From the NCBI GenBank assembly GCA_001949185.1, contig BDGG01000002.1, positions 3,035,826 to 3,099,825 of the forward strand: DNA of 64,000 nt, given 5' to 3'. Shown one piece after another: positions 25,650-38,719 of the stretch. Position numbers and translations under genes: made by a program. Origin of the DNA: Ramazzottius varieornatus (taxonomy: Eukaryota > Animalia > Tardigrada). The notes under the pieces are model-generated. The model worked only from the letters and a program-made list of their open reading frames with translations. It did not search any database and was not told where the DNA came from. Every line of letters starts with the position of its first letter. The first letter of the stretch is position 1.

Positions 25650-27890
25650 ATACAAAACAATTACAACAAGCAACTATTTACATTTTGAATTCACCATGAG
25701 AATTTTCGGAAGTCTAGTCGATCGAGATAGGACCTGAAAGCAGAGAGACTTCGACAGTTTGCAGGAGATGGGCGGAAATTCATATCGTTGATCAAGGCAG
25801 AGGCTACGTACGCGAAGGTATCAGAAGTTACATTCAAAGTGTCTTTCTCTTTAATTCTTGTAGCCGGCTGGACCCATACTTTTCCTTCCGGAACTCTTGC
25901 GCAAGTCTGGCTCCTGGTATTGGCTCGAGTTGGTGGTTGCTGCACAGGGCTGGATACGTTCAGCAAAAGCCGTCCATCGGGGAACCCATTCGTCCAAATC
26001 TCGAAACCGTTTACCAGCACGGACTTCGCCCTTCTTGTCCACAGATGGTCCCACTTGACTTCCGCCAGATGCTGTCTGTACTGACTGAAGTCGCCATCGT
26101 GCTGTCCTTTGGGTATCTTGCTCAGGCGGATGCTCTTGAGGAAATCTTTTTGAACTTGCTCCAGCTGTCTCTGGTGCTTGTGGTTCGTGGGGTTCCACAC
26201 TGAGCAGGCGTATTCAGCAACGAGACGGACTAGGCTCTGGTACAACAGCTGCCTCGCCTCACCAAGCTGCAAGGGAAAGTACGAGCGCATGACGTGAAGC
26301 CGCTTCCGGCATTTCGCAGTTATTGCGTCGACCTGCGCAGTCCAGTTCAGCTTCCTGTCAAGTACGAGTCCCAAGCACGTCGTTTGGCTCTCCTTCGGAA
26401 TCTTCTGGCCGCTGATGGAGTAGTGACCATGGGGGACAGGGCCGCTTCCGGATCTCTTGAAGGATATGCGGATATGCTGCGACTTGCTTGGGTTCAGGCT
26501 CAGCCCAGCTTCTGGGCAGTTCTTAACCAGCTGGTCAACGCTTTCTTGAAAGGCGCTGCAGACCTCAGGCTTGCTGATCACTTGATGGGCTACCAGGTCG
26601 TCAGCATACTGATACAGCTCGCATTCAACCGACTCGGAGAGCTTGTTGACAGCCACAATGAAGAACAGTGGGTCCAAAACGGAACCTCGCGGAACGCCTG
26701 ACCGGACTTCACTGTACTCACTGTAGTAGCCTCCATCGGTTACTCTTTGAGTCCTTCCTCATAGATAGCCGGCCATCAGCGCTAACAGGTCGCCGGTCAT
26801 GCCATCATCTTGTAGGCTTCTTACCGGTACTTCATGGGGGACTCTGTCGAACGCCTTGGTGCAGTCTAGGAAAACTGCTTCTACTTCTCGTCCGACAAGC
26901 CTTGCGACCATCGATGGACCATATGGAGCAGGTGCGCTCCTGTGGATTTCTTAGACCTGAAACGACACTGTCTCGTGGCCGACAAACGGTTCTTCTCTAA
27001 AAAGCCCCAAATTCGAACAGCTAAAACTTTCTCGAAAATTTTAGACAAAGGGGATAGAAGGGATGGCGCCACCTTTCTTTGGGACTGATACAACATCCGC
27101 CTTCTTCCAGGGGGTGGGACACTGCTTGGTGCAGAGGAAAAGGTTGAAGAAACGGGTGAGTGGGTAGACGAGAGCTATGCCAGCTGGTTTGACGAGAGCG
27201 TTTGTCAGAACAGACGAACCTGCAGCCTTCTTATCAGGGATTTTCCGAAGTACTTCCCACACTTTCGGTCCGGTCACATTCAGACTTGGCAGGCACTCTT
27301 TACATCTGGTAACGGTGAAGGGGACTTGATTGTTGATTGGCCGACAATGTGCTCCACACGCGCCATAATCCTTCACGAAAACGTTAGCTATGTACTCTGC
27401 TTCATCTTTAGGATGTACCAGGTATTTCTCTCGAACGCCCATTTGTGATTGCCGAAGACTCATGTTGAAGCTCCTGTTTCAGGGTCAATAATTTTGGGAA
27501 TAGGAATGGGAGGAGGCTTTGAGACTTGGAAGACCGCTTGACGTGCTTCCACAGCGCATCTGGACACCTTCTTGACAGAGTGGCGATCTTTCGAAGATGT
27601 TTCGTTCTAGCTGCCTTCAGGAGCCTCTTTGTGTCCCTTGCGCGATCCACCCAGATGTTGTAGTCGGTCAGATCTCTTGTCTTGGTCCATCTCCGGAAAG
27701 CCGCGTCACGTCTCTTAAGACTGTCAATAGTTCGTGGGGAGAGTGATGGTCGGTTACGTCTCGATCCAACTTTCTTCAACCTGAAATTTTCCTGCGCAAT
27801 TCCCACCAGTCTAGCTTTGAAGACAACAACGGCCACATCTGAATTACACTGAGCATCGAAAAACGAGGTCCAATCAACATTTGCCACTTC
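25650..27890 (-). mobile_element. 5'-truncated non-LTR retrotransposon (CR1/L2/Jockey-group RT), frameshifted
   Basis: WKKADVVSVPK, LSKIFEK, FLDCTKAFDRVPH, GVPRGSVLDPL, YADD, LGLVLDRKLNW, EYACSVWNP. Confidence 0.93.
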
Positions 27891-28307
27891 TTTACGAAAT
27901 TTTTGCTGGCTTCCGGTCTCTTCTACGCAGCAAACGCCACGTATGCCGTGAAAATTTGTAAAATTTTTTCCCGGTTCCCCATATATGTCGGTATACGAGT
28001 ATGGGCATATGAGAATGCGTCCAAAGTACTTTCTCTCGGAACTGGCTTTCTATAACATCAAATTGTTCGGAATACTGAACTGCACCATAGGTTCATTTTG
28101 CCGCACTTTACCGCGGTAATGAAACCAGAACGATTGGCTGAAAGATTTGAGGATACCACAAAAAAAACACCAGGGTGTTAAGAGCCAGTCTTAACGGGAG
28201 CAACGCGCTCTGATCAGAGACGCGCACCAACGAGCACTTCCGGTGCAATTCGTCTATGCAATGTCGTCATTTGATTAGTTGATTAAAATAACTGCGCACA
28301 TCGCATA

Positions 28308-28475
28308 CAGTGTACGACAAAATAAACCGTTAAAAATGGGTGTTGGATGGAGCCAGATGGCTAAAGCCAGTGAAATTTGCGCATACACCAAAACCTAATT
28401 CTCATAGGCTGAGGAGTAAGTAAGCTCCAGCTGGAGTGTTGCGCCCATTTTTAACGGTGGATTTGTCGTACACTG
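28308..28475. mobile_element. MITE sharing TIRs with the adjacent Tc1 element
   Basis: TA-flanked TIR CAGTGTACGACAAA....CCGTTAAAAATGGG, matching the ends of 29815-31444. Confidence 0.88.
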
Positions 28476-28887
28476 TACAACCGATCCGCGCGATGATTAC
28501 TTAGTGCACGGGAATTCGGGGCTTCCACCATACTCTCCCTAACTCCCGAACCTATAGTCAGAACTTGATTCCGACTTCGGCTTCGGATTCCTCGGGGTCT
28601 GTTTTACAGAGGTTTCAGTCCCGTTTTACTTCGCCCTTGGGGTCCAGAAACTTTGAATTGCTCTCCTAAACAATTTGATCGTAAGCCATTTGGACGCATT
28701 CTCATATGCCGGTACTGTACAGGAGGAGTAAGATACTTTCGACGGAGAGTGAAACGAGGGAGTTCGGTGACCGGTGCAGAAATTGTTCATTTGACGGATC
28801 GGAAACACCGGCAGGAATTCTTTCTAACTGCTGGGTTTGAGAACTTATGCGCAGTCACTAACATTCGTTTGTTCAAAGAATAGAACG

Positions 28888-29630
28888 ATGGGGGGGGGGG
28901 CAATATCGCTCTAATTACAGCAGCTTCAGCTGGAATTCGACACGGCATCGCCGAGGCGTTGGCTCGAAGCGGAATGAAAATGATGGCAGGCGCTCCTCAC
29001 GTCTAAAACATCGAGATAGAGACATGCACATTCCTTCTGCACATCAAGCGACCCGTTGAACATCTTCTACAAGCTAAAACAGTCTCTTCCCGACGGAGGG
29101 AACTATCTCGAAGCTATGGTCCGTGACGTTACAAAAGGTGTTTTGAGCAGATTGAACGGCAGTATCGTCATGTGGACGAGCTGGTCATGCAATAACGCCG
29201 GCGGCGGTCCAACTTCTGGTCTCCTCTCCGCTCCGAATTCTTCAACGTCACACCGAAGAACTGTACTCAAATATAACGTGCACGCCGAACCCTTCTTTTT
29301 CAACCTTTTGTAATTTGGAATACTCGTCCACAGTCAAATGTTCTTGCTGGCTCGATCTGTGCAAGCGAATTCCCGAGGCTGATGGTGAAGGCCGGTGTCC
29401 GTGACGGTCATATTATCAATATCGACGGGTTTGGCTTTCAGCTGATAATTCAGGTTGAAATTTCGGCCAAAGACTACTGTACACTTCGTTGAAGAAGATG
29501 TGGTAATTCAGAAGTGTCGCCGGGCATAGCCCGGAGGGAATGGCGCTGACCAAACAGCTCCCATTCTATGTTGATTCGAAGCGTATGCTGACCTCATTCC
29601 CCAAAGCGCTCAAAATCGATGTTAAAGGTC
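28888..29630 (+). pseudogene. DHRS11/farnesol-dehydrogenase-like short-chain dehydrogenase remnant
   Basis: Hand translation: IALITAASAGIRHGIAEALARSGMK (degenerate TGxxxGIG), NNAG, VNVLAGSICASEF...DGHIINID, SVAGH, FYVDSK (YxxxK); stops and frameshifts present. Confidence 0.75.
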
Positions 29631-29814
29631 GTGCTCGGTAGCCATTGTAATAGGCATGGTACCTCTGGCAAGTCTTCAGGTACAGGAAGCTGAAGACGCT
29701 TTCCAATCCAGTGCCGGGTATTTTTCGTCAGTCAGGGGGTTCCCCAGGAAGAACCCTGGCCGACTCCAAAGCAGCGCCAACTTGAAACTAATTAATATTT
29801 TGCACTTGTACTTA

Positions 29815-31444
29815 CATGTATACGACAAAATTAGCCGTTAAAAATGGGTAAAAATAGGCGGGGTATAGGCTTCACTAGGCCAATCAAACACTCCGAGATT
29901 GACTGTAAACAGGCTGGCACTCCATTTGCATTTGTCTTCTTGCGAGTCGGACTTCTAGAGAACCTTAGCTGATATGCTGATATACAGATCCACGATGTCA
30001 CCCGGAAAACCTATTGATCCAGATGTGGTAGCTTTAACGTTTAACTATTATAGAGAGGAGAAATTCAAGAAAGCCAGTGTTGCGAGGAGAATCAAAAAGA
30101 GCTACTCCTGGGTGTGCGATGTTCTTCGCGACTACGATCCGGAAACTAAAGAGAGGAAGGTGACGAAACCAAGAGGACGTCCTAGGATTAATACTCCAGA
30201 ACAAGACGAAGATATCCTGAGCTTCGTAAGAGCCGACCGCGAGCTGAGCGGTGTGAAAATTTCAGCCGAACTTGGATTAGACCACCGAACCCTACTTCGT
30301 CGGCTCCGCGAAAACCGTGTCCGGCGTTCGAAAGCTATTTCGAATGGACTCACTCCCTCTCATATGGAAATCGAGTAAAAGGTGTTTGTCTTATTTGGAA
30401 CAGTACGGTGAGAATCGGGACGTATTTGACAACATGATTTTCACGGACGAGATGCGCTTTAATTTGCACGGTGGTCGACTAGAGGTAAGAAAATTGAAAG
30501 TAAAACTTGTGTGTTTTTAATCTCCACTTCATGACGAGCCATACTTTCTCTTAGATGTGGTACTTTCCGGGAGAGAATCGAACCGATAAAGATCTACAAC
30601 CCAACACTTCAGTACTTTAAAGTGCCAATGAAGTGGGACAAGATTGGTCCGGATCCGCGTAAAGAATCCCCCGGTACGCGCCGTGTTGGCTGTTATGTGT
30701 CATGTCGTAGCGATCAGCTGATCGATACACACGTTGACCAGATATTTCACCTTCCATCCGCGCGGTCTTTTTACACGCACCCGGATCCAAACCTGTCCCG
30801 CATCATTGGCCCTTTGTACTGACGAAGGGAGGCTACATGTATTGGGGTGCTGTCTCAGCAACAGGTCCTGTTGCGCTCGTGCGAGTTGACGGCAATGAAG
30901 ATTCAGAGAAGTATACCGAAATCATTCTCGATCGTCTGGTCCCATACCTGGACAAGTACGGATATGACAAGGAGCTGTTGCAAGATGGTTCATCAGTCCA
31001 TACTTCTACCACACGAGGAACTTTCTCGAGCGCGAAGGAATTATTACTGTTCCTTGGGCCGCAAAGTCTCCCGATCTGAATGTGGTCGAGAATGTGTGGG
31101 GTTTGATGAATCAGTATATCGTTAAGAAACAAGCGAAAAACCTAGAAGAGCTAGACCGCTATGTCAAAGAAGCCTGGGAAACTTTATTTACACCAGTTGA
31201 ATCTTTATTTACACCAGTTTTACACCAGTTGAATTAGTTGAATCTGTGGTTGGACGTTGTAACGAGTGCATTCTGAACAAGGGTGCTCGGATCTCGTATT
31301 GCTGGTTGCGGTCCGAGTCCACTGGGCACGGTGGACATCTCTCATTTATCCTGTTGAGTTTTAAATTGTTTTGTAACTGGCTCAGTAAAAGTGGCACCGC
31401 CTCCCGTCCCTCCCGCTTTTAACGGTTAATTTTGTCGTACACTG
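29815..31444 (+). mobile_element. Tc1-family transposon with decayed DDE transposase (29995-~31290)
   Basis: TA-flanked TIRs; HTH with GRPR; IFTDE, MYWGAVS, LQDGSSVH, SPDLNVVENVW; intron 30485-30554; frameshifts. Confidence 0.93.
30617..30815. mobile_element. MITE nested in the Tc1 transposase
   Basis: TIR AAAG(T/G)GCCAATGA.G.GGGACA; GTACT directly repeated on both flanks; removing the insert restores the frame ..NTSVLTKGGYMYWG. Confidence 0.8.
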
Positions 31445-31863
31445 TACCATGTCAGAAACAAAGACGATAACATTCACCGCAAAATAAGGCAGGGTGTACC
31501 AGGACTGACCTCTCGCTCGGGTATTCAGATAGCAGACAAACGCCACCTTGTCAGTGGAGGGAACAGCAGCTTCGTTGTTCTGAGTCAGACCAACTACAAC
31601 GAAACAGCGTAACCAGAGTTTTACCTTCGACGGGAAAAAAGTTCAGTGACTCGGATTTATCAACAGCCTTACAGACAAAAACAATTAGATTCGTGTTTCT
31701 TTGATCATGATCTTGCCTTACGGAATCATGCAGACAGCCAACGAGCTGGTACACGAGGTAAGATCAGTTAAATGCTAAATACTATCTAGTAAATACTAAT
31801 CGTTCGAGCTCAAAGAAATACTAATCTTCTGGCCGCAATTCACGCGCAGCGTTGTTTGCTTGG

Positions 31864-34144
31864 TCAGTTGCACCAAGGAAGGACATTCATATCCACACAA
31901 GCGTACGTTTCAGATCGGAAATCGAAACGTTGTCCAGCAGAACAAGTTAGGACTACGGGTAACCAGTTGTTTCTCTCCATCGTACAGAAACACCAGTAAG
32001 GCGTGCATTTTCCCAGCGTGTACCAGGCCTTTCCTGGGCCGGAAGTGCTCTGCCCGTTTGGCCCACGATTAGCGCAGTTCTTCACATTACACACAGCTGA
32101 TACGTTGGCGGGCGCAGTGGGCCACGGCGCGGTATTAACCAGGTTTGAGGGTGGCTTGACAGGACACCAGGTTGGACTTGGTGTTTTGCAGGCTGGGGGG
32201 TTTCCTTCGAACAGCTTCCCAGCAGCACAAGACAGCCATTTCGCCGTTCCACCGCTACACTTGCAGTAATTTCTGCTACACTCATTGATTTGGTAATATC
32301 CGTTGGTTTTGGAGGAACAAAAGTATGCGTCACATGTGGCATAACATTCAGGTACACCGGGCAGTAGCGGCGGCGTTGAGGGGGAACCGGCAGGGCTGCT
32401 GGATGATGTTGAGGACACAACAGGTGGCTGACTAGTAGTGGGCGATGATGTCGTTGCGGCCGTTGACGTCGCCACGGTCGATGTGAAGGTGGCGACAGTA
32501 GTAGTGAAGGTTGATGGTGCGGCAACGCGTGTGATGGATACATTAATTGCAGCCGTTGCCGTTGTCGCAGCAGTTGACGTCACACTGGGGAAACTAGGGG
32601 TAGCGCTAGGATTAATTGAAATCGGCGGACTTGTAAGTCGTCTAGTGGATGCGCTGCTGCTGGTGGTAGTTGTGGTTGTTGTCGTGGTTGGAGGAATCTG
32701 GTTAACTTTGGGAGGTACACCCTGTAGAGCTCGTCCAGCAACTACGTAGTCCTCGATTTTACATTCATTCCTCCCTCTAGCAAACTTCACCGTTCCATTC
32801 ATACCCCAGCGGGTTCCCCACGAATTGACGATCAGCCAGTAGTCCTGACCGTGTTCCGTACCCCACCCAATCAACCTCATGGCGTGTCCACCCAGACGTG
32901 CTCCGGTTACGTGCTGATACACACCTGTAACAAAGAGTCCCCTAAGTTAGAGAATTCACTGAACAGTTGGATACAACTCAGTGATGTTACCCGAGCTGTA
33001 ATGGTAGAAGTCATCGTAGACGTCGACTTCTACCGACATTGGTCCATATGTGAAAAGGTCTGACTTTATTTGGTCTATCACGGCTGTTGATGTGGTGGTC
33101 AACCCACTTGACACTCCATTGCCCATAATGTAGTAACTGTAGCCTGCAAAAATTACATGTGCCCAGAACAAAACAAGGGCGAATATCCAGTCAGTGTTGC
33201 AGCACCTTTGTTCCGGTCGGTGAGGTAGGCTCTTGGATAACTCGGGTTTGTGCATGTGTTGCTGCAGCTCGAGGAGCTCGTGGATGCAGCGGCAGACTGG
33301 GTGTAGGATGTGTATGGCATGCAGCCAGAAGAACTGTTGTAGGTCCCGCCAGTGACGATGCCGAAGCTGACCCACCATCCGTATGGCCAAATCGTTTGGC
33401 ATCCGTTACTAGGTCGACATTTTTATGTTATGCATGAAAGCTCTTGTGTAGTAGCCACAATAAAAAACTTACCAGAGGTTGGTGGAACCCTGATATGGTC
33501 CGGTACAAACCAGGAGGTCTTGGACCGAGGCTTGGTGCATGGTGCTGCCACCTGATGCAATGCATATACGATCAGAAATCGCCATCGCTCCTGCATGCGC
33601 CTACCAACACAGAGTCTGGTACAGAGGGGAATCAGAGCCGTGTCAGGATCCGAGCCCAAACGTACCCAGCAGGAAGAACATTTTCCTTGATTACGAACGC
33701 TTTGGATAGCAGGACAATACGGCCAGGCTTCCCTAGCATCGAAGTTTTCCGGAAGAGATGCTCTGGTGGTCCGCTTGAGCAGCCGAGGGGAAGCTTGTGC
33801 TTCCTCCAGGGTTGGTTTGATGGTACCGGCGAGCTGCCGTTTCTCATGGGTTTTCAGGCCACTGGTCGATGTTCGCCCAGGTTTCCAGCCACCAGATTTG
33901 CCCCTATGGTGTTTCGCAATTTTCCTGAAAAAGCACAGAGGCCAGGCGGTAGTTTACCGGCAGGTTTTGTGTTCAAGACCCGTAATATCCCCGTTTCAAG
34001 CTGCGCAGTGAACTCTTACTGTATCATCACGTCCTCTGCCGTTATATTTCCCACAGATGCTTGAGCATGATCAGAAGAAGTGGAGAGAACTTGTCCACCG
34101 CAAAACAGCACAACAAAGAAAGCAGCGCAAATGTTTGCAGGCAT
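31864..34144 (-). CDS. Secreted cathepsin B-like C1A protease with Thr/Ser mucin linker and two C-terminal chitin-binding type-2-like Cys modules
   Basis: Signal [17 protein letters not shown]; [23 protein letters not shown] (Cys), [26 protein letters not shown] (His), YWLIVNSW (Asn); then a T/S/P-rich run and two Cys-rich repeats (NGYY..C..Y.KC..C..G..F..C..C). Confidence 0.9.
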
Positions 34145-35710
34145 TGTGGCTGCGGGAGTCGACAGCAGCGGGACAACTGGTCCATCGTCCTTGGAGGAAC
34201 CAACCGTGTATTCCTTGTGGAAAACCGCGGAATGGATAATGCTACGCGTGCTAGAACGTACTGGTCTGGCAACGTATTATTCATGTTCGAATTATACTTT
34301 TCCCACATCCGCGAATTGTAATGATGGAGCTCTTGAAAGAAGCGGGATCGGTAGGTGATTTATTGTTCGCAATAAATTACCTACCTTTGGTTGTACTCGG
34401 TGTTCACAAGTCCTGTTTTGGCATCGAAAACTAGCTTTAAAACCGCTGCTACGACGAATTTTTTAAGGGTAATTTCGCCATAAAAGTGCTCGCTTAGAGA
34501 TTTGTTCGCACATGTGAAAATAGATGCTCTAAAAATATCTCTAACCAACGCACGCAAATCGAACGCGTTTTTTTAAATTTCTTCAACGAATCAAACTTTG
34601 TACTAACTTAGTTATACCCTTCCGAAACGCGCCCGACACCCTTCCCCAACGTTTCCTTTCGATTAAGCGACGAAAATGTGAAGTTTATTTCCAACTCAAT
34701 CAATCACAATGCCTCGCATCAAGCAGCGCTGGTTAGGTAGACCTCTAAGGGCTGGATATAAGATGGATGAAGTTCCCTAAGCAATCAGTGTGGAGCTGAT
34801 GATTTACAGGACGTTCAAAGTTCGTGGTTCGCAACGGAGGTGAAATTTCGAAGGCGTTGGCTTTTCAAGTAGGGCTCTAAAAGGGCAGAGCCTGCTACTC
34901 TGCTGACCTCAAACTTACGTTGCGATCTTGCGCTGACTGAGTTCCGTAAATTATCTCCCTCAAGATGTTATCCCAAGCCATCATATTTAATCAACGGGTA
35001 GCCTGGGAGCTAACGATTCTTTTGTCTTTCGGGACACAATAGTTAGTCAGACTAACCAATTAACCGAGAAATTATAGGCCAGGCGGTAAAAACGGCAACA
35101 TGGAAATTCAAACGCAGAGAAGCGTGGACAAGTTTGTTACTGTGAATCGGTCGCTTACGTACGTGCTTCTGTACCGCCATATCGTAAAGGCCTGGTCTAT
35201 AATTTTTACTGACCCATAATTTCTCGTTGTGTGTGCACTGAAGTGTTGATTGGGTGGCGAACTGCAACACCGCGGTGACAAAACCTCTAAGTGGCTCCCA
35301 CCTGCAGAGGATCAACTAAATCCAAGTCACGAGTTCCAGGAATCAAGTGCGGGGAAACGTAGTAGAATGCTAGCTTTAATCGTTACGATGGGTCTCCCCC
35401 ACCGGAAGTCACACTAGTCAAATTCTTCAAGCTGCTGTTCAATATTATAGAACTGATCATGGTTCAACCGAAACAGCTTGAAACGTTGTATGAATAGTGT
35501 GGAAGAACAGACATGCACTGGCAAGAACGCAACTTTGGAAGACCGTCGTCAACTGTGCCCGAAATTCTGTGTTCACAACAGTGCGTAGTCTGTGCAGTAG
35601 ACATGAATTCCGCGTTCGAAGATGGCACTGGACAGCATACAGGAAAGTGTAAACTTTTCTTTAGCGTCTCTGCGCTTATTTATCAGTAGCTCATCAAATG
35701 CCTTATTATA

Positions 35711-38103
35711 CACTGACGAGGGAACCTTCAGACCATGTCACTCGCCGATCACGATAGAAATGATTTCACGTGATAACTGAGACTCATGGCTCTCTACAAA
35801 GTATCGGGAAGAACGGCGAATAACCATGCCCTGGCTCCACAGAAATTCTCGAATGCGTGGCAGTCGACATTGCAGAGAGAATTGAGAATATGAGACTGCA
35901 TACAGTAAAGGCTGATCAATCAAACTATTCATCAATCAAGTCACAATGTATGCTAACATGACTCACATGCCATGTCACGTCAGGTCATACGTGGTATGTC
36001 ATCGCAAAAACGGTAAACGAAATGTTTTAACCAACGGTCAGATTAACCTCCGGTTTCCGGTCTGACAGAAACATCCTCTGTAGCATTCTTTGTAACGAAG
36101 CAATGCTGTTTATCCTCGTAGTATTGTGAATCTGTTGGAAGATCGACTTCAAGCCTTTACGACGATATCAAGTGCGACGCAAGCGAAAGTTAAGCTGGTG
36201 GACGTTATTGAAGGTATGACCAACACTCGCATTTCTCCTGCTGGCTTCTCGAAGTACGCTTTGACGGCCATTTTGGTGTTTCAGAACTAATCAGAACTGC
36301 TGCTCTAACGTCTGAAGATTTTATTACCGAAGAGATCTCTGTGGAATACGAGGACGGTTACGACACAACAGAGGTGACTTTGGACCAGATACGCGAGATA
36401 ACGGAAGACGAATTGGAGCTGCGTGCGGAGGAACATCCAGTCAGCTTCCGTCCAGTGGATCGACGTATGATCTAGACAATTCCCCAAAGAAGGCTCGATT
36501 AGAAGCCGTTGAGGTTCGAGCAAGTTCGAGCGTGTTCCTGATGTAAGAACCCTTCATCAATGGAAAGCCCAGATAGAGCAGTGTGGAAGTCGGAATGAGA
36601 AGCTGCTCCAAATTTGTATGCGTATAAAACAAGAGTTTGATGAAAAAAAGAACGAAGAATAATCATGCGCGATGGAGATATTCGTCGGATGGCAATCCGA
36701 ATAAATGCAGAAGTTGAGCTGGATGGTTTTGTCGCATCGGATACTTAGGTGTACAGGTGGAGGATGCTCTTCAAGATTGGATCTCGTACAATAAAGAAAT
36801 TTGTTTCCCGAAATTACACGAACGAGCTCGCTGATATCAACCAGACAGCTACTGAATTTGTAGCAGAAGCGAAGCTGATAACCCTCGCAGCTGACCCAAC
36901 AAATGCTTTCAACATGGACCAGAGCAGCTTCAACTACGAAATGCACAGAGGACGCAATTTGCACTACAGAGGTAAATTGTTCTTACAACAGAGATTAGCT
37001 GTCATCTCAGACTATGAAAACTGATGTCTAAAAAATCGGTGGTTTTGTTCTCGTAGGCGCGAAGAATATTGAAGCCGGTGGCCAGTCGATTAACTCCACC
37101 ACCCATTCCTTTATGATACAGCCAGTGGTTTCCATGAGTGGAGAATGGAAGGTACCTGTATTTTTTTTGGTAATGCAAGAGTCGGGCGGGAAGTTCGGAC
37201 CTATCGTCGCGAAGAAAGTAAAAAGTGTTACAAGGAAGTGTGGTAACGTATAGGTTACAGCTTCGTCATCCGGAACAGTTACGAAGGAGCTACTGCGCAA
37301 ATTTTTCGAGAGAGTGTAGGGGGAGACGTCGACGAAGATAGTGTGTGCTGGTCGATCCGTTTTCAATGTAGAAAGATCGGCAGTTCTTGCAAAACATGCA
37401 GCTCAAAGTCGAGTTGCTCACTATTCCTCCAAAAACGACTAGTCGCGTCCAGCCGCTCGACGTCTACGGCTTCCGACCTTGGAAACGCTACTTCCGGATG
37501 TGCTCCAAAAGAGTCCTGATTGACATGATTGACTTTGAGTTATTTCATAGAGAGAATTGTATAATGCTTCAGTCGCTAGTTTTTAGACAGTTTACTTCTC
37601 ATCGTGACACTAATCTATGGAAGTATTCCTTTTACAAGTCCGGGTGCTCTGACGAAAAACCCGATGTCTTCCCCGATCCGGTCGAGTTTGCTTTCCCGAA
37701 AAACGCACTCTATCGTGATCGCTGCGAGCCTCGCAAAAGACAGTTCGTCAGATGCTCTTGGTGTAAGGACAATTTGTGTTTTGACTGCTTTGTGACTAAC
37801 TATCACAACTGAAAATTTAAAACATTTTGTACCACAAAACCGGTTTATGTGAGTCTGTCTTATCGTCCTGTATTGATTCCCTTTCGTTGTGAATACGAGG
37901 CAGTTGGAAATCCTGATTTTTGGAACAAGTTCGTGGTGTTTCCATACACTTTCAGTTAACAAACCGCTGTCTTCGAGAATTTCTGTGGAGACAGGGCATG
38001 GTTATCCGCCGTACTTTCTGATACTTTGTAGAGATCTATGAGCTATCACGTGAAATCATTTCTATCGTGACCGGCGAGTGACATGGTCTGAAGGTTTCCT
38101 CGT
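35711..38103 (+). mobile_element. pogo-group (Tc4/Tc5-like) transposon with ~140-bp TIRs; decayed transposase ~36100-37812
   Basis: Long TIR pair 35711-35851 / ~37972-38103; FNMDQSSFNYE, STTHSF.IQP, IPPKTTSRVQPLDVYGFRPWK, C-terminal CSWC..LCFDCF. Confidence 0.88.
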
Positions 38104-38115
38104 GAGCCCCATAAG

Positions 38116-38523
38116 TATCTGTCCGCCCTATATTTTGACTCAAAATTCATAACTCCCTTCACTTTCACGCGATTTTGATAATTCGATCGTCTTTGTAAAG
38201 ATCAGAATTTCATCTTTCCGACCACGTTACTTTTTTTGACCAAATCAGCAAATCGACTGGCTGTACTGAACCCTACGAACCTGAAAATACCCTTGTTTTT
38301 GGCTCCGTGTTGCGAAAGTCAGACAGTAGCTAGCAGAACGCGCTTGTAATCGTGACATGTTCGTAGGATTGAACACAGCCAGTTGATTTGCTGATTCGAT
38401 CAAAAAAAGTAACGTGGTCGGAAAGATGAAACTCTGGTCTTTACAAAGACGATCGAATTATCAAAATCGCGTGAAAGTGAAGGAAGTTATGAATTTTGAA
38501 TGAAAATATAGGGTGAACAGATA
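38116..38523. mobile_element. Fold-back MITE with ~150-bp inverted arms, abutting the right TIR of the Tc5-like element
   Basis: 38116-38265 is an imperfect reverse complement of ~38375-38523. Confidence 0.85.
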
Positions 38524-38719
38524 TGTGCACATGCTAAATCAATCCAGACGCAATCTGTTCTGCGTATTCCCTTTTTTTCTGCTTCCCGTTTCAACATTAG
38601 ATCCAACTCATGACAAAAGCGGCGATCTCTGACTGGTATCTCAAGGTACAGCACAGTGTCCGCCACATAATGACTAACTTGATCCGGATTCCGGAAGCCA
38701 AGATATTGGGCGGTGATCA

